Of a DNA stretch of 64,000 nucleotides, positions 18,915 through 29,075 are shown piece after piece. The notes under the pieces were generated by a model, which searched no databases, was not told the DNA's origin, and saw nothing but the letters and a program-made list of their open reading frames with translations. Origin of the DNA: a virus; IMG/VR virus record IMGVR_UViG_3300042503_001430, positions 1 through 64,000 of that record; one strand, given 5' to 3'. Numbering within the stretch: position 1 is the first letter of the stretch; every line of letters begins with the position of its first letter. The translations under genes and the position numbers were made by a program.

Positions 18915-19415
18915 ATGCTGAAGGTCTACAAGACAGAACCAGAAGCAATCTTGCCTCAGTATGCAACAAAAGACTCTGCATGTTTTGATATTCATGCGTG
19001 TCTGATACCACACACCACGGTCAAGTCACGTTGTTGGAATAATGAAGAAGACCTCGTACACGTCAATGAGTATGGAATTCTTCTCGTTCACCCTATGTCG
19101 AGAGTGTTGATTCCAACTGGATTGATATTCGAGATTCCAAAGAATCATTCTCTCCGCTTGCACCCACGATCTGGACTTGCATTCAAACATGGAATCAACC
19201 TCGCAAATTGTGAGGGGGTCGTAGACGAAGATTACACAGACCAGGTTTACATAGCGATCCATAATACGTCGAACGTAGCGTTCAAGATCAATCATGGAGA
19301 CCGAATCTGTCAGGGTGAATTGGTGTGCGATGCACGTTACCCAATCGCAGAGACCAAAGATAAACCGAAACCGAAGCAGAGTCGCAGTGGTGGTTTTGGA
19401 TCGACTGGCGTTTAA
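18915..19415 (+). CDS. dut: Trimeric dUTPase
   Basis: A.FD, PRSGLA, GVVDEDY, GDRICQ, RSGGFGSTG. Confidence 0.93.
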   Translation: MLKVYKTEPEAILPQYATKDSACFDIHACLIPHTTVKSRCWNNEEDLVHVNEYGILLVHPMSRVLIPTGLIFEIPKNHSLRLHPRSGLAFKHGINLANCEGVVDEDYTDQVYIAIHNTSNVAFKINHGDRICQGELVCDARYPIAETKDKPKPKQSRSGGFGSTGV

Positions 19416-19474
19416 TCTGAGCGATTTCTAGCACACATAAATGTAGTACACAGAGTCTATTATGAAGATCGTGT

Positions 19475-19918
19475 ATGAACAAAAAGACAAGTCAAGCTGG
19501 TAAGAACCTCATCAAAGAATTCGAAGGCTTTCGTGCAAGAGCGTACTTGTGCCCTGCTAATGTGTGGACGGTCGGATATGGAACCACCAGAATTAATGGA
19601 AACAAAGTCACCGAGGGTACCCAACTCACAACCGAAGAAGCAGACGTATTTCTGGAACAAGACCTCAAGGTGTTTGAAGATGCGGTCAACAAAAATGTGG
19701 ATGTTGAATTAACGCAAAATCAATTTGATGCCCTCGTCGCTTTTGTGTATAATGTGGGTATCGGCAACTTTCAAAAATCCACACTTTTGAAGAATCTCAA
19801 TAGTGGTGACTATGAATCTGCCGCAGAGCAATTTCTGAGGTGGGACAAAGCTGGTGGTAAAAAATTAGCAGGTCTGACTCGCCGACGCAAAGCTGAACAA
19901 AAACTTTTCTTGTCGTAA
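19475..19918 (+). CDS. Endolysin, GH24 lysozyme
   Basis: IKEFEG....Y.C....WTVGYG.T, QNQFDALV.F.YNVG, GL.RRR.AE. Confidence 0.92.
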   Translation: MNKKTSQAGKNLIKEFEGFRARAYLCPANVWTVGYGTTRINGNKVTEGTQLTTEEADVFLEQDLKVFEDAVNKNVDVELTQNQFDALVAFVYNVGIGNFQKSTLLKNLNSGDYESAAEQFLRWDKAGGKKLAGLTRRRKAEQKLFLS

Positions 19919-19928
19919 GGACTACACT

Positions 19929-20234
19929 ATGGCTATCACGATTACTCGACTCTTAACTGGTGAAGAAATTTTGGGTGAGGTTACTGTTATTGATGAATCG
20001 ACAGTTCGAGTTGATAATCCAACTCTTGTGGGTGCATCACGAAACCCTCAGACGGGCAATATCGACGTGCACATGGCACCATTCAACCCTCTCTCTTCCC
20101 AAACTCACGTTACGCTACGTGTTGAACATGTGTTGTGTCAGTATGAGCCAGTGACTGAAGTTATCAATAAGTACAACTCTATCTTTGGTAGCGGTATCAT
20201 TCTTCCCACAAATAGCGGAATCCAGAGCGTGTAA
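19929..20234 (+). CDS. Conserved T4-like hypothetical protein (Sm-like)
   Basis: RLLTGEEILG, NP, Y...FGSGI..P; typical gene upstream of gp43. Confidence 0.6.
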   Translation: MAITITRLLTGEEILGEVTVIDESTVRVDNPTLVGASRNPQTGNIDVHMAPFNPLSSQTHVTLRVEHVLCQYEPVTEVINKYNSIFGSGIILPTNSGIQSV

Positions 20235-20268
20235 GTTTCACACCTCAATTATCCAAAGTGAGTACAAA

Positions 20269-20297
20269 TTGACACATTCATAATTTTGTGTCATTAT
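20269..20297 (+). promoter_or_regulatory. Sigma70-type promoter of gp43A
   Basis: TTGACA-17 nt-CATTAT, 7 nt upstream of the ATG. Confidence 0.6.
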
Positions 20298-20304
20298 AGA
20301 AAAC

Positions 20305-21768
20305 ATGTCACATCAAAAGTTCTATACGAATTGCACCTGTGTTGGTAACAACATTTTGTATCGTGGTGTAGAAAACGGCGAGCGTGTCTCAAGAAAGTTC
20401 ACCGTTCAGCCTACCCTATTCTTACCCTCATCGAAACCTACCAAGTACAAGACTCTCGACGGTAGGTATGCTGACAAGATCAAGTTCGGTGACATCGGTG
20501 AAGCTAAAGAGTTCGTGAGGCGGTATGAGGGTGTAGACAACTTCGTATATTTCGGTAACACCAAGTACCACTACGTATATCTCGGCGATGAGTTTCCTGA
20601 GTATGTTGACTATGACATGTCTGAGATAGTCATCGCAAACATCGATATTGAGGTTGCGTCTGAGGGTGGTTTTGCCCCACCTGAAAATCCTACTGAAGAG
20701 GTAATTGCGATAACTGTTGAGAGTAAGGGTACGTATGTCGTTTTTGGCTGTGGTGATTTCACAACTAAAGAAGATTCAATCAAGTACATTCGCTGTAAGA
20801 ATGAAGTTGATTTGTTACAACGCTTCATGGAGCATTGGGAACATATTGCTCCGGATGTTGTAACTGGTTGGAACATTCAGTTCTACGATATACCTTACCT
20901 CGTGAATCGTATCTCGAAGGTGTTTGGTGATAAAGAAGCGAAGCGTCTTTCACCTTGGCGATACCTCTCTACCCGCAAAGCTTACTACAAGGGTCGTCAT
21001 CAAGTCGCTGTTGAGCTTGTGGGTGTATCAACCCTCGACTACATGGAGATGTACCGAAAGTTTCAACCGAAGCAAGAGAGTGAGAAGCTGAACTACATCG
21101 CTTATGTTGAGCTTGGTGAGAAGAAAATCTCATACGAAGAGTACGATTCGCTTCACTCTCTGTACAAGAACAACTACCAGAAGTTCATCGAGTATAACAT
21201 CAAAGACGTAGAGCTTATCAAGAAGCTCGAAGAGAAGCTGAAGCTGATCGAGATGTGTTGTGCACTTGCGTATGATGCACGAGTAAACTTCACTGATGTG
21301 TTTGCACAGGTTCGTATGTGGGACACAATCATTTACAACGATCTCAAGAAGAAAAACATCGTGCTGCCTCGCCTCAGTGATAATGAGAAAGATACCGAGT
21401 ACGCTGGTGCTTACGTTAAAGAGGTGACGCCTGGTATGTATGAGTGGGTCGTTTCGTTCGACTTGAACTCTCTGTACCCAAATCTGATTGCACAGTTCAA
21501 CATCTCACCTGAGTGTTTGGTGACTGACAAGTATCGACAGGTCAATATCAAGTCTCTTCTCAATCGAGAGTTTGATACCTCATCACTGAAGTCTGAAGGT
21601 GTGAGTCTCGCTGCAAATGGTCACTGCTTCAACAATGATCGTATCGGGTTCTTACCCGACATTCTGATGCGAATGTACGAAGACAGAAAGACCTACAAGA
21701 AGAAGATGATCGAAGCGCAGAAAGAGCTTGAGCGTGTCAAAGAAGAGCTTCATCGAAGGGGTCTGTAG
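20305..21768 (+). CDS. gp43A: Family B DNA polymerase, N-terminal subunit (gp43A: exonuclease, motif A, first fingers helix)
   Basis: DIE (ExoI), GWN...YDIPY (ExoII), YN..D (ExoIII), SFDLNSLYP (motif A); ends ..DRK.YKKKM...LHRRGL followed by TAG TAA. Confidence 0.93.
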   Translation: MSHQKFYTNCTCVGNNILYRGVENGERVSRKFTVQPTLFLPSSKPTKYKTLDGRYADKIKFGDIGEAKEFVRRYEGVDNFVYFGNTKYHYVYLGDEFPEYVDYDMSEIVIANIDIEVASEGGFAPPENPTEEVIAITVESKGTYVVFGCGDFTTKEDSIKYIRCKNEVDLLQRFMEHWEHIAPDVVTGWNIQFYDIPYLVNRISKVFGDKEAKRLSPWRYLSTRKAYYKGRHQVAVELVGVSTLDYMEMYRKFQPKQESEKLNYIAYVELGEKKISYEEYDSLHSLYKNNYQKFIEYNIKDVELIKKLEEKLKLIEMCCALAYDARVNFTDVFAQVRMWDTIIYNDLKKKNIVLPRLSDNEKDTEYAGAYVKEVTPGMYEWVVSFDLNSLYPNLIAQFNISPECLVTDKYRQVNIKSLLNREFDTSSLKSEGVSLAANGHCFNNDRIGFLPDILMRMYEDRKTYKKKMIEAQKELERVKEELHRRGL

Positions 21769-21784
21769 TAAATTTCGGGTTATT

Positions 21785-22399
21785 ATGTTGCGTGTCAAAG
21801 ATTTGCCAAGAAAGGTGCAGAGAAAAGTTGCCATCATCAACAAGGTTCTGTCACGATACCCTACGTTCAGTTTCTCTCTTGAGCAACTGAGAGGTGTTGA
21901 GGATATAAACTACAAGATGTTTCTTGAGTTTGTAGAGCAGCCGCACATCATAGGTGGTAAACCTCGTGTACATACGATTAAGTATGAGCACCTGATTTAT
22001 AGGGGGTTCAACACAAAGTCTGACTTGTATGACACCACACTATACCTTGCAATTTTCAGAAATGTTCGAACGAACATGATTCATCCCAAGATCGGTACCA
22101 CCAAATCATACAAAGCTAAGAACCGTTTCTACAAAACATCTAAGCTGTGGCAGTTCTGTGGGTTCTTGTGGTGTAAGACCGGACCACGAAATGAGATTCT
22201 TGCTATTGAGAAACAACTCAAACAGCTTATTCGACGCCATGATATTGCAGCAAAAGATGTGATCGACTTCAATTTTGGTGGGCAAACAGAGCTTATGATT
22301 CCATCGGTCGATATATCACATATCATATGGGATGAAATTCGCCGCATCTTCAACAATCACAACTTTGAAGACCTGAATTATCACGAATGTTCTTTATGA
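21785..22399 (+). mobile_element. Putative GIY-YIG-like homing endonuclease inserted in the split polymerase
   Basis: C-terminal LYL...KIGTT....RF...IEKQL...FGGQTE pattern, as in variant GIY-YIG (T5orf172-like) nucleases. Confidence 0.55.
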
Positions 22400-22884
22400 G
22401 TATAAGCTGGCACCAATACTTCATGGGTATTGCTCTTCTCGCTGCACAGAGAAGTAAAGACCCAAGTACACAGGTCGGTTCGTGTATTGTGACACCCGAC
22501 AACAGAGTTATTGGCATAGGGTGGAACGGTATGCCGAAATGCTCTCACTGGTTGAATAACGATTCACTCTTGCCGTGGGGTAAAGAGTCCGAGAATCCAT
22601 TAGAGAACAAGTACATGTATGTTGTGCACTCTGAGCCAAATGCGATCTTTCATGCTTCAGAAAGTGTTAGAGGTTGCACGATGTATTTGACGTGGTTTCC
22701 ATGTAGTGAGTGTGCGAAAGCAATCGTGCAATCTGGAATATCGAAGCTCGTTTACCTCCACGAACATACGACTGATCGCTATCGAGAGAGTATGGAAGGT
22801 GCTCGCATCATGTTTGATTCTTCTGGCGTGGCTTACGAAAAATACTCTCACAATAAAGATGACATTCTTCTCAAATTCGAGTAG
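22396..22884 (+). CDS. cd: dCMP deaminase
   Basis: W..YFM..A...AQRSKDP.TQVG, HSE.NAI, PC..CAK; ATGA overlap with the upstream gene. Confidence 0.92.
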   Translation: MSISWHQYFMGIALLAAQRSKDPSTQVGSCIVTPDNRVIGIGWNGMPKCSHWLNNDSLLPWGKESENPLENKYMYVVHSEPNAIFHASESVRGCTMYLTWFPCSECAKAIVQSGISKLVYLHEHTTDRYRESMEGARIMFDSSGVAYEKYSHNKDDILLKFE

Positions 22885-22893
22885 ACTACAAAC

Positions 22894-24000
22894 ATGCAAG
22901 ATTTGTCAAAACTCTCTGATGCTGAGTTAAAAGCATACGCTCGAAAACTATCATTCGATATTTCGAAGTACCACAACTTTCAGTTGACCAAAAAGATTCA
23001 GTTGAACTCAGCGTATGGTGCGATGGGTAATCAGTACTTTCGTTTCTATGATATTCGACTTGCAGAAGCGGTGACACTTTCTGGTCAGCTTGTCATTCAG
23101 TGGATTGCAAAAGACATCAACGCATATCTGAACAATCTGCTCAAAACATCATCGGTCGATTATGTTATTGCTATCGACACTGACTCGATTTACCTCAACC
23201 TCAAGAATCTCGTCACGACTGCGTATGGTGACAAGCTACCTGATGACAAAATCAAGATCGTAGACTTTCTCGATAAGGTTGCAAACACCAAGATTCAATC
23301 AATCATTGACAAGAGCTGCAAAGACCTTCGTGAATATCTGAACGCTCGCTCTCAGAAGATGCAAATGAAGCGTGAGTCAATCGCAGACAAAGCAATCTGG
23401 ACTGCAAAGAAGCGGTATATTCTTAACGTGTATGACAATGAGGGTGTGAGATATGAGACGCCGAAGCTCAAAATCCAAGGTATTGAAGCGGTCAAGTCGT
23501 CAACGCCAGAGGTTTGTCGCCAGAAAATTAAAGACGCAATCAACATCATCTTGACGAAATCGCAGACTGAGTTGCATCAGTACATCGATGGGTTCAAGTC
23601 TGAGTTTAAGAGTCTCAGTCCAGAGACGGTTGCGTTTCCTCGTGGGTGTAACGGAATATCTACCTACGCAGATAACAAAACCATTTTTGGTAAGGGTACT
23701 CCAATCCATGTGCGAGGTGCACTTGTCTACAACAAGTTAATCAAAGAAAAGAAGCTTGAGAAAAAATACCCTTGCATCCAAGAAGGTGACAAGATAAAAT
23801 TCTTGTACTTGAAGACACCGAATCACATTCAGCAAAATGTTATCACGATGTCAGAAAATGGTTTGCCACAAGAGTTGAACCTTCACAAGTACGTAGACTA
23901 CGAGCTTCAGTTCGAAAAAACTTTCTTGGACCCACTCAAGATTATTCTCGATGCGATAAATTGGTCTACCAAGAAAACGATGAGCTTTGACGATTTATAG
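22894..24000 (+). CDS. gp43B: Family B DNA polymerase, C-terminal subunit (gp43B: motifs B and C, thumb)
   Basis: KIQLNSAYG (motif B), IDTDSIY (motif C), KKRY, KSSTP, C-terminal clamp-binding-like SFDDL. Confidence 0.93.
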   Translation: MQDLSKLSDAELKAYARKLSFDISKYHNFQLTKKIQLNSAYGAMGNQYFRFYDIRLAEAVTLSGQLVIQWIAKDINAYLNNLLKTSSVDYVIAIDTDSIYLNLKNLVTTAYGDKLPDDKIKIVDFLDKVANTKIQSIIDKSCKDLREYLNARSQKMQMKRESIADKAIWTAKKRYILNVYDNEGVRYETPKLKIQGIEAVKSSTPEVCRQKIKDAINIILTKSQTELHQYIDGFKSEFKSLSPETVAFPRGCNGISTYADNKTIFGKGTPIHVRGALVYNKLIKEKKLEKKYPCIQEGDKIKFLYLKTPNHIQQNVITMSENGLPQELNLHKYVDYELQFEKTFLDPLKIILDAINWSTKKTMSFDDL

Positions 24001-24008
24001 GAGACAGT

Positions 24009-25079
24009 ATGGCTAAAAACAACCCGTTCGCTGATGTATTGAAGGTTCTTGAAAATGAATATGCTGCGGTAGCAGACGAAGGCACATCAGCAGATGTTGT
24101 CGGTTTCATCGACACTGGTTCATATGCACTCAACGCTCTCTACTCTGGTAGTATCTACAAAGGTATGCCAGCAAATAAGATCAGTGCTCTTGCAGGTGAA
24201 GAAGCAACTGGTAAGACGTTCTTTGCACTTGGTATCATCAAGAACTTTCTCGACACGAATGATAAAGCAGTCGCTATCGTGTTTGAGTCTGAGGGTTCAG
24301 TAACAAAAGAAATTCTTCAGTCTCGTGGTGTAGACACGAAGCGTGTACTCATCGTACCTGTAGAGACTATTCAACAGTTCAAGACACAAGCTCTTCGTGT
24401 TGTAGAAAACCATCTCACCACACCAGAAAAAGAACGCAGACCTCTCATGATGTGTCTCGATTCTCTTGGTATGTTATCGACCACAAAAGAGATGGCAGAC
24501 TCTGGTACTGGTAAAGAGGTAAAAGACATGACTCGTACCGCAGAAATTCGTGCTGCGTTTCGTGTACTCACACTCAAGCTCAGTAAAGCTAAGATACCTC
24601 TTCTTGTGACGAACCACGTTTATCAGACGATGGGTATGTTTCCGACAAAAGAAATGGGTGGCGGTGGTGGTTTGAAGTATGCGGCAAACAACATCATCGC
24701 ACTCTCAAAGTCAAAGAACAAAGACTCTGAGGGTAATGTGACTGGTATCTTCATTCGATGTAAGAATCTCAAGTCACGTTTAACCAAAGAGAACACTGAG
24801 ACGAGCGTGATGCTCTCGTATGATAAGGGTCTCGACAGGTACTACGGACTTACCGACCTCGCAATCGAACATGGTATCTTCAAAAAGGTATCTACCAAGA
24901 TTGATGTTGGAGGTGGCAAGCTAGTATTCGAAAAGCAGATCACCAACAACCCAGAGAAGTTCTTCACTGAAGATATTCTCAGACAGATTGATGAAGCAGC
25001 TCAACGTGAGTTTAGCTATGGTACTGGTGGTATCGAGACTGAAGACGTTGTAGAGGAGATGTTGAATGACGCCCACTAG
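24009..25079 (+). CDS. uvsX: RecA-like recombinase UvsX
   Basis: DTGSY.LN, GEEATGKT, DSLGML, DMTR, MGGG.G.KY. Confidence 0.95.
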   Translation: MAKNNPFADVLKVLENEYAAVADEGTSADVVGFIDTGSYALNALYSGSIYKGMPANKISALAGEEATGKTFFALGIIKNFLDTNDKAVAIVFESEGSVTKEILQSRGVDTKRVLIVPVETIQQFKTQALRVVENHLTTPEKERRPLMMCLDSLGMLSTTKEMADSGTGKEVKDMTRTAEIRAAFRVLTLKLSKAKIPLLVTNHVYQTMGMFPTKEMGGGGGLKYAANNIIALSKSKNKDSEGNVTGIFIRCKNLKSRLTKENTETSVMLSYDKGLDRYYGLTDLAIEHGIFKKVSTKIDVGGGKLVFEKQITNNPEKFFTEDILRQIDEAAQREFSYGTGGIETEDVVEEMLNDAH

Positions 25080-25416
25080 AGATAAGTACAAGATCGTTTT
25101 TGATCCAAAAGATCCTAAGAAATGGGTTGTGCAGTTGACTACTGCATGTGCCCCTTTCAATGGAATTCTGTACAGCTATGGTGAGTTCTTTGCTAAAGAC
25201 ACAGAGAACGGAATGGAAAATGCAAAGCTGAACTTTCAGACTGACATCATTTACGTACCTGAACATCTTCGTGGAGTTGAATTTCCTGATCATGTAAGTA
25301 AAGAGATGGATAAGTTGCTCGGCGAAATTCTTTTTGATATAATAGAAACTCACACAAACGCAGCTAAAACCGAAGACGGCAAATTGTTTCTTGAGATAGT
25401 AAAAGATGATAAATGA
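25066..25416 (+). CDS. Hypothetical protein in the gp40 position
   Basis: Lies between uvsX and gp41; F.GI.Y.YG and LG.IL..II motifs. Confidence 0.5.
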   Translation: MTPTRDKYKIVFDPKDPKKWVVQLTTACAPFNGILYSYGEFFAKDTENGMENAKLNFQTDIIYVPEHLRGVEFPDHVSKEMDKLLGEILFDIIETHTNAAKTEDGKLFLEIVKDDK

Positions 25417-26824
25417 TCGTATCGAACTCGTGATTCTGAAGAGTCTCATTTTTAACGAGTCTTATTCACGACGAGTATTACCGTTCATTAAGCCAGAGTA
25501 TTTCTCTGACATGGCTGAGAAGCTAGTCTTTGAGAAAGTATCTGAATTCATTCTCAAGTACGATGCTCGACCTAGCAAAGAAGCTCTTCTCATCGCAGTA
25601 TCAAAAGATGACAAGATTGGTAGTGAGCTAGAGAGTAATGTCAAAGACATGATTGTGTCGTTTGAGAATTCTCAAATTGAAGACAAGTGGTTAATTGAGC
25701 AGACTGAAGAGTGGTGTAAAGATCGAGCGATCTACATCGCACTGTTGGGTAGTATCAAGATTGCAGACGACAAGAAGAGTAAGTTCAGTCGTGGTAACAT
25801 ACCCAAGATGTTGACCGATGCTCTTTCAGTTTCGTTTGATCCGAATGTGGGTCACAGCTACCTTGATGACACTGATGCTCGATATGAATCGTACCATCGT
25901 GTTGAAGAGAAGTTTCCGTTTGATTTAGAGTGTATGAATAAGATCACCAAGAATGGTGTTCCTAGAAAAACTCTGAATGTGATTCTCGCAGGTACAGCAG
26001 TTGGTAAGTCTCTTGCACTCTGTCATATGGCTGCGAGCTACTTCATGTCAGGTAAGAATGTTCTGTACATCACCCTTGAAATGGCTGAAGAAAGAATTGC
26101 AGAGCGTATTGATGCTAATCTCTTGAACATCTCTCTCACTGACTTACAGAATATCTCTAAAGATATGTACGACAAGAAGATCGATGCTATCAAGAGCAAG
26201 ACGGTAGGTCGATTGATTGTGAAAGAGTATCCAACAGCGACAGCTACGACGACACATTTTCGTGCACTCTTGAATGAACTTTCTCTCAAGAAGAATTTTG
26301 TACCTGATGTGATCTTTGTTGATTATCTCAACATCGCAGCGTCAGCACGAATCAATAACTCAAACAACATCAACAGCTACACTTACGTCAAGAGTATCGC
26401 AGAAGAGTTTAGAGGTCTTGCGGTTGAGTGTAACGTGCCTATGTGGACTGCAACACAAACCAATCGTGCTGGTTACGTATCGAGCGACATCGGACTTGAA
26501 AACACATCAGAGTCTTTTGGTTTACCTGCTACCGCAGACTTCATGATTGCTCTCTCGACAACAGAAGAGCTTGAACAAATGGGTCAGATATTGGTGAAGC
26601 AGCTCAAGAATCGTTACAATGATGTCAATTCTCTCAAGCGGTTTGTTGTCGGTATCGACCGTTCCAAGATGAAGCTCTTTGATCTTGATGACTCTGCACA
26701 ACAAGAGTTGGTGAACACCGATTTGAAGACTGATGATTCTCCAGTTTTCGATAAGGGTAAGTTTGGAAACGGTATGAAGTCTGAGAAGCGAGACAAAAGT
26801 GGATTCGACGACTTTCAGTTCTAG
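25406..26824 (+). CDS. gp41: Replicative helicase gp41 (DnaB-like)
   Basis: AGTAVGKS, TLEMAEE.I..RIDA, VDYLNI, TATQTNR, SESFGLP.TAD, KNRY. Confidence 0.95.
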   Translation: MINDRIELVILKSLIFNESYSRRVLPFIKPEYFSDMAEKLVFEKVSEFILKYDARPSKEALLIAVSKDDKIGSELESNVKDMIVSFENSQIEDKWLIEQTEEWCKDRAIYIALLGSIKIADDKKSKFSRGNIPKMLTDALSVSFDPNVGHSYLDDTDARYESYHRVEEKFPFDLECMNKITKNGVPRKTLNVILAGTAVGKSLALCHMAASYFMSGKNVLYITLEMAEERIAERIDANLLNISLTDLQNISKDMYDKKIDAIKSKTVGRLIVKEYPTATATTTHFRALLNELSLKKNFVPDVIFVDYLNIAASARINNSNNINSYTYVKSIAEEFRGLAVECNVPMWTATQTNRAGYVSSDIGLENTSESFGLPATADFMIALSTTEELEQMGQILVKQLKNRYNDVNSLKRFVVGIDRSKMKLFDLDDSAQQELVNTDLKTDDSPVFDKGKFGNGMKSEKRDKSGFDDFQF

Positions 26825-26964
26825 GTAGTGGTTATGAGTGACAATAACATTGGCCGAGATGAAAAACTTGTTCTGGGTTTAGTAGCATTAGCGTTAGCTC
26901 TCTTAGCTCATTTAATGGCAACCAGTTAGACATAAATACTTGGTTGTCTGAGATAATACGACCA

Positions 26965-28179
26965 ATGAAAACATTTAGACAGTACCTTACAGAAGCATCT
27001 GACAAGAACACACACCTCGAACATCTTGAAGATGAAATTTTCAATGGTGGTGTTGCGGGTACAAAACGTGCTCTCAACTTCTTGCGTGGTCTTCGAAATA
27101 TGTTGTCTGGCTCATCGAAATCGTCAGTCAACGTAACTGTCAAATGGGACGGTGCACCAGCGATTGTTTGTGGAACAAATCCAGAAAACGGCAAATTCTT
27201 TGTTGCAACGAAGAGTGCGTTCAACAAAAACCCCAAACTCAACTACACCCATGCTGACATAGACAAGAACCATTCTGGTGGTCTTGCAGATACTTTGAAG
27301 ATTGCTCTCGACAACCTCTCGCAGTTGGGCATACAGGGTATCATACAGGGTGACTTACTATTCACCAAAGGTGCACTAGACAATATCAACTACGATGGTG
27401 AAAAACTCGTCACATTCAAACCTAATGCTATTACGTATGCGGTACCAGCAGACTCAGACTTAGCACGTCACATTCTTGGCGCCAACATGGGTATCGTATT
27501 TCACACAACCTACGTCGGCGCCACAATTCAAGGTCTGAAAGCAAAGTTTGGTGCTGATATTTCGGGTCTTCGTCACACATCTCGTGTATGGGTCACTGAT
27601 GCAAATTTTAGAGACACCTCTGGTGCAGCAACTCTCACCAAAGATGAGTCGGATATGGTGACAGCAATTCTGAGTGAAATTAAAGTGCTGCTTAGTCAAA
27701 TGGACTCTCAGAGTGTTTCTGCGATTGTTTCTGATCCACAGATTGTGGGTTATGTTAAAGCATACATCAACTCTAAGGTGAAGGTTGGTGAGGGCATTTC
27801 AGGTACCAAAAAATATGCTACTGGTCTCGTTACTTTCATAAAAGGTAAGTTTCAATCTGAGATTGATGCTTTGAAGACAGACCGTGGCAAAGAAGGTAAA
27901 ACTCAAAAGTTGAAGAACACCATTCAATTCATCAACACACATAAAGAGCAGTTTATTATCATGTTCATGATTGCTGCACTCATGACAAGTGTGAAGGGAT
28001 TGTTGTTGTCTAAACTCAAGAAGGTCAGCTCGATTGGCACGTTCTTAGAAACATCAGATGGGTTCAAAGTGACTTCACCTGAAGGTTTCGTTGCAGTAGA
28101 TCATATTGGTAACGCAGTAAAACTCGTAGATCGTCTCGAATTCAGTCGAGCGAACTTCACTATGGAAAAGGGTTGGTAG
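26965..28179 (+). CDS. Conserved T4-like protein with RNA/DNA ligase-like nucleotidyltransferase motifs (DUF6267-like)
   Basis: KNTHLEHLED, KWDG (motif I), QGDLLF (III), EGFV (IV), VKLV (V); CTS-like N-terminus MKTFRQYLTE; late promoter at 26931. Confidence 0.65.
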   Translation: MKTFRQYLTEASDKNTHLEHLEDEIFNGGVAGTKRALNFLRGLRNMLSGSSKSSVNVTVKWDGAPAIVCGTNPENGKFFVATKSAFNKNPKLNYTHADIDKNHSGGLADTLKIALDNLSQLGIQGIIQGDLLFTKGALDNINYDGEKLVTFKPNAITYAVPADSDLARHILGANMGIVFHTTYVGATIQGLKAKFGADISGLRHTSRVWVTDANFRDTSGAATLTKDESDMVTAILSEIKVLLSQMDSQSVSAIVSDPQIVGYVKAYINSKVKVGEGISGTKKYATGLVTFIKGKFQSEIDALKTDRGKEGKTQKLKNTIQFINTHKEQFIIMFMIAALMTSVKGLLLSKLKKVSSIGTFLETSDGFKVTSPEGFVAVDHIGNAVKLVDRLEFSRANFTMEKGW

Positions 28180-28181
28180 TC

Positions 28182-29072
28182 ATGAAATCGTTTAAGCAAT
28201 TCTTAACAGAGTCATTCAGTCAAGATCACATCAACAAGCTCAAAGCTGAGTATGGTACATTACAAAAAATGGACCCAACCTCACCAGCATACAAGAAGCT
28301 CATCGCTCTTCTTGACAACCTACCTCAAGATCACTTGAAGCAACTTGCAGCAGCAGACATCAAGTTCATTTCGCCACTTGCGAAGAATCGAGTTAAAAAG
28401 TCTGTGTCTGAAGAAGAGTCTATCGATGAGCGTTGTTGGGATGGTTACAAGCCAACACCAGGTAAGAAGCCTTACGAGAAAGGTTCTTGCATGAAAGAAG
28501 AAGATGACCTTCAAGAAGAAGCAGAACATGATGGTAAGAAAGTCACATTGAACAAACCATTCAGAACACCAGACGGACCAAAGAAGTTTGCGGTGTATGT
28601 AAAGAACGATAAAGGTAATGTTGTTAAGGTGACGTTTGGTGATCCTAACATGGAGATCAAACGAGACAGTGATGACAGAAGAGCTAACTTTAGAGCACGA
28701 CACAACTGTGATGATCCAGGTCCGAAGTGGAAAGCACGATACTGGTCGTGCAAGATGTGGTCGAATAAGCCGGTATCAAAAATTGCAGAAGAGACTGTTG
28801 ATGCATCTCAAGCGGCGAAGCTCTTCTCTAAGTTTCTCAGAAGTACTGGTGCGCCAGACAAGGTTGCTAAGTTCACATCAACCAAGAAGAATGTCTTCAA
28901 AGGTCAATCAGCAAAGTTTGACTACTACGTAGACATGGAAAAGAGAACCGTAGCATCTCGACAGAGAAACAGTTTCAATGACACCATCTATGTGTGGGAT
29001 GACAAGACACAAAGTGTGAAGATCGCAGAAGCTAAGATATACTTGGGTGAACTTTTGTCATCTAAAAAATAG
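28182..29072 (+). CDS. Putative internal head protein, modular
   Basis: MKSFKQFLTE start; modules CWDGYK...GSC and KV.FGD......RR..FRARH.C...ARYWSC..W separated by acidic (I/L/V)xE linkers. Confidence 0.6.
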   Translation: MKSFKQFLTESFSQDHINKLKAEYGTLQKMDPTSPAYKKLIALLDNLPQDHLKQLAAADIKFISPLAKNRVKKSVSEEESIDERCWDGYKPTPGKKPYEKGSCMKEEDDLQEEAEHDGKKVTLNKPFRTPDGPKKFAVYVKNDKGNVVKVTFGDPNMEIKRDSDDRRANFRARHNCDDPGPKWKARYWSCKMWSNKPVSKIAEETVDASQAAKLFSKFLRSTGAPDKVAKFTSTKKNVFKGQSAKFDYYVDMEKRTVASRQRNSFNDTIYVWDDKTQSVKIAEAKIYLGELLSSKK

Positions 29073-29075
29073 TAT

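Noticed and set aside
18840-19415. dUTPase/Ung/dCMP deaminase as evidence of a uracil- or hmU-substituted genome
   Set aside because: An intact family-1 Ung plus dUTPase argues for excluding uracil, and no hydroxymethylase gene is visible in this window.
21769-22893. Group I intron or intein explaining the interrupted polymerase
   Set aside because: The gap is almost fully occupied by two coupled ORFs, with no room for P/Q/R/S core elements. There is a double stop after gp43A and no C…HN intein ends.
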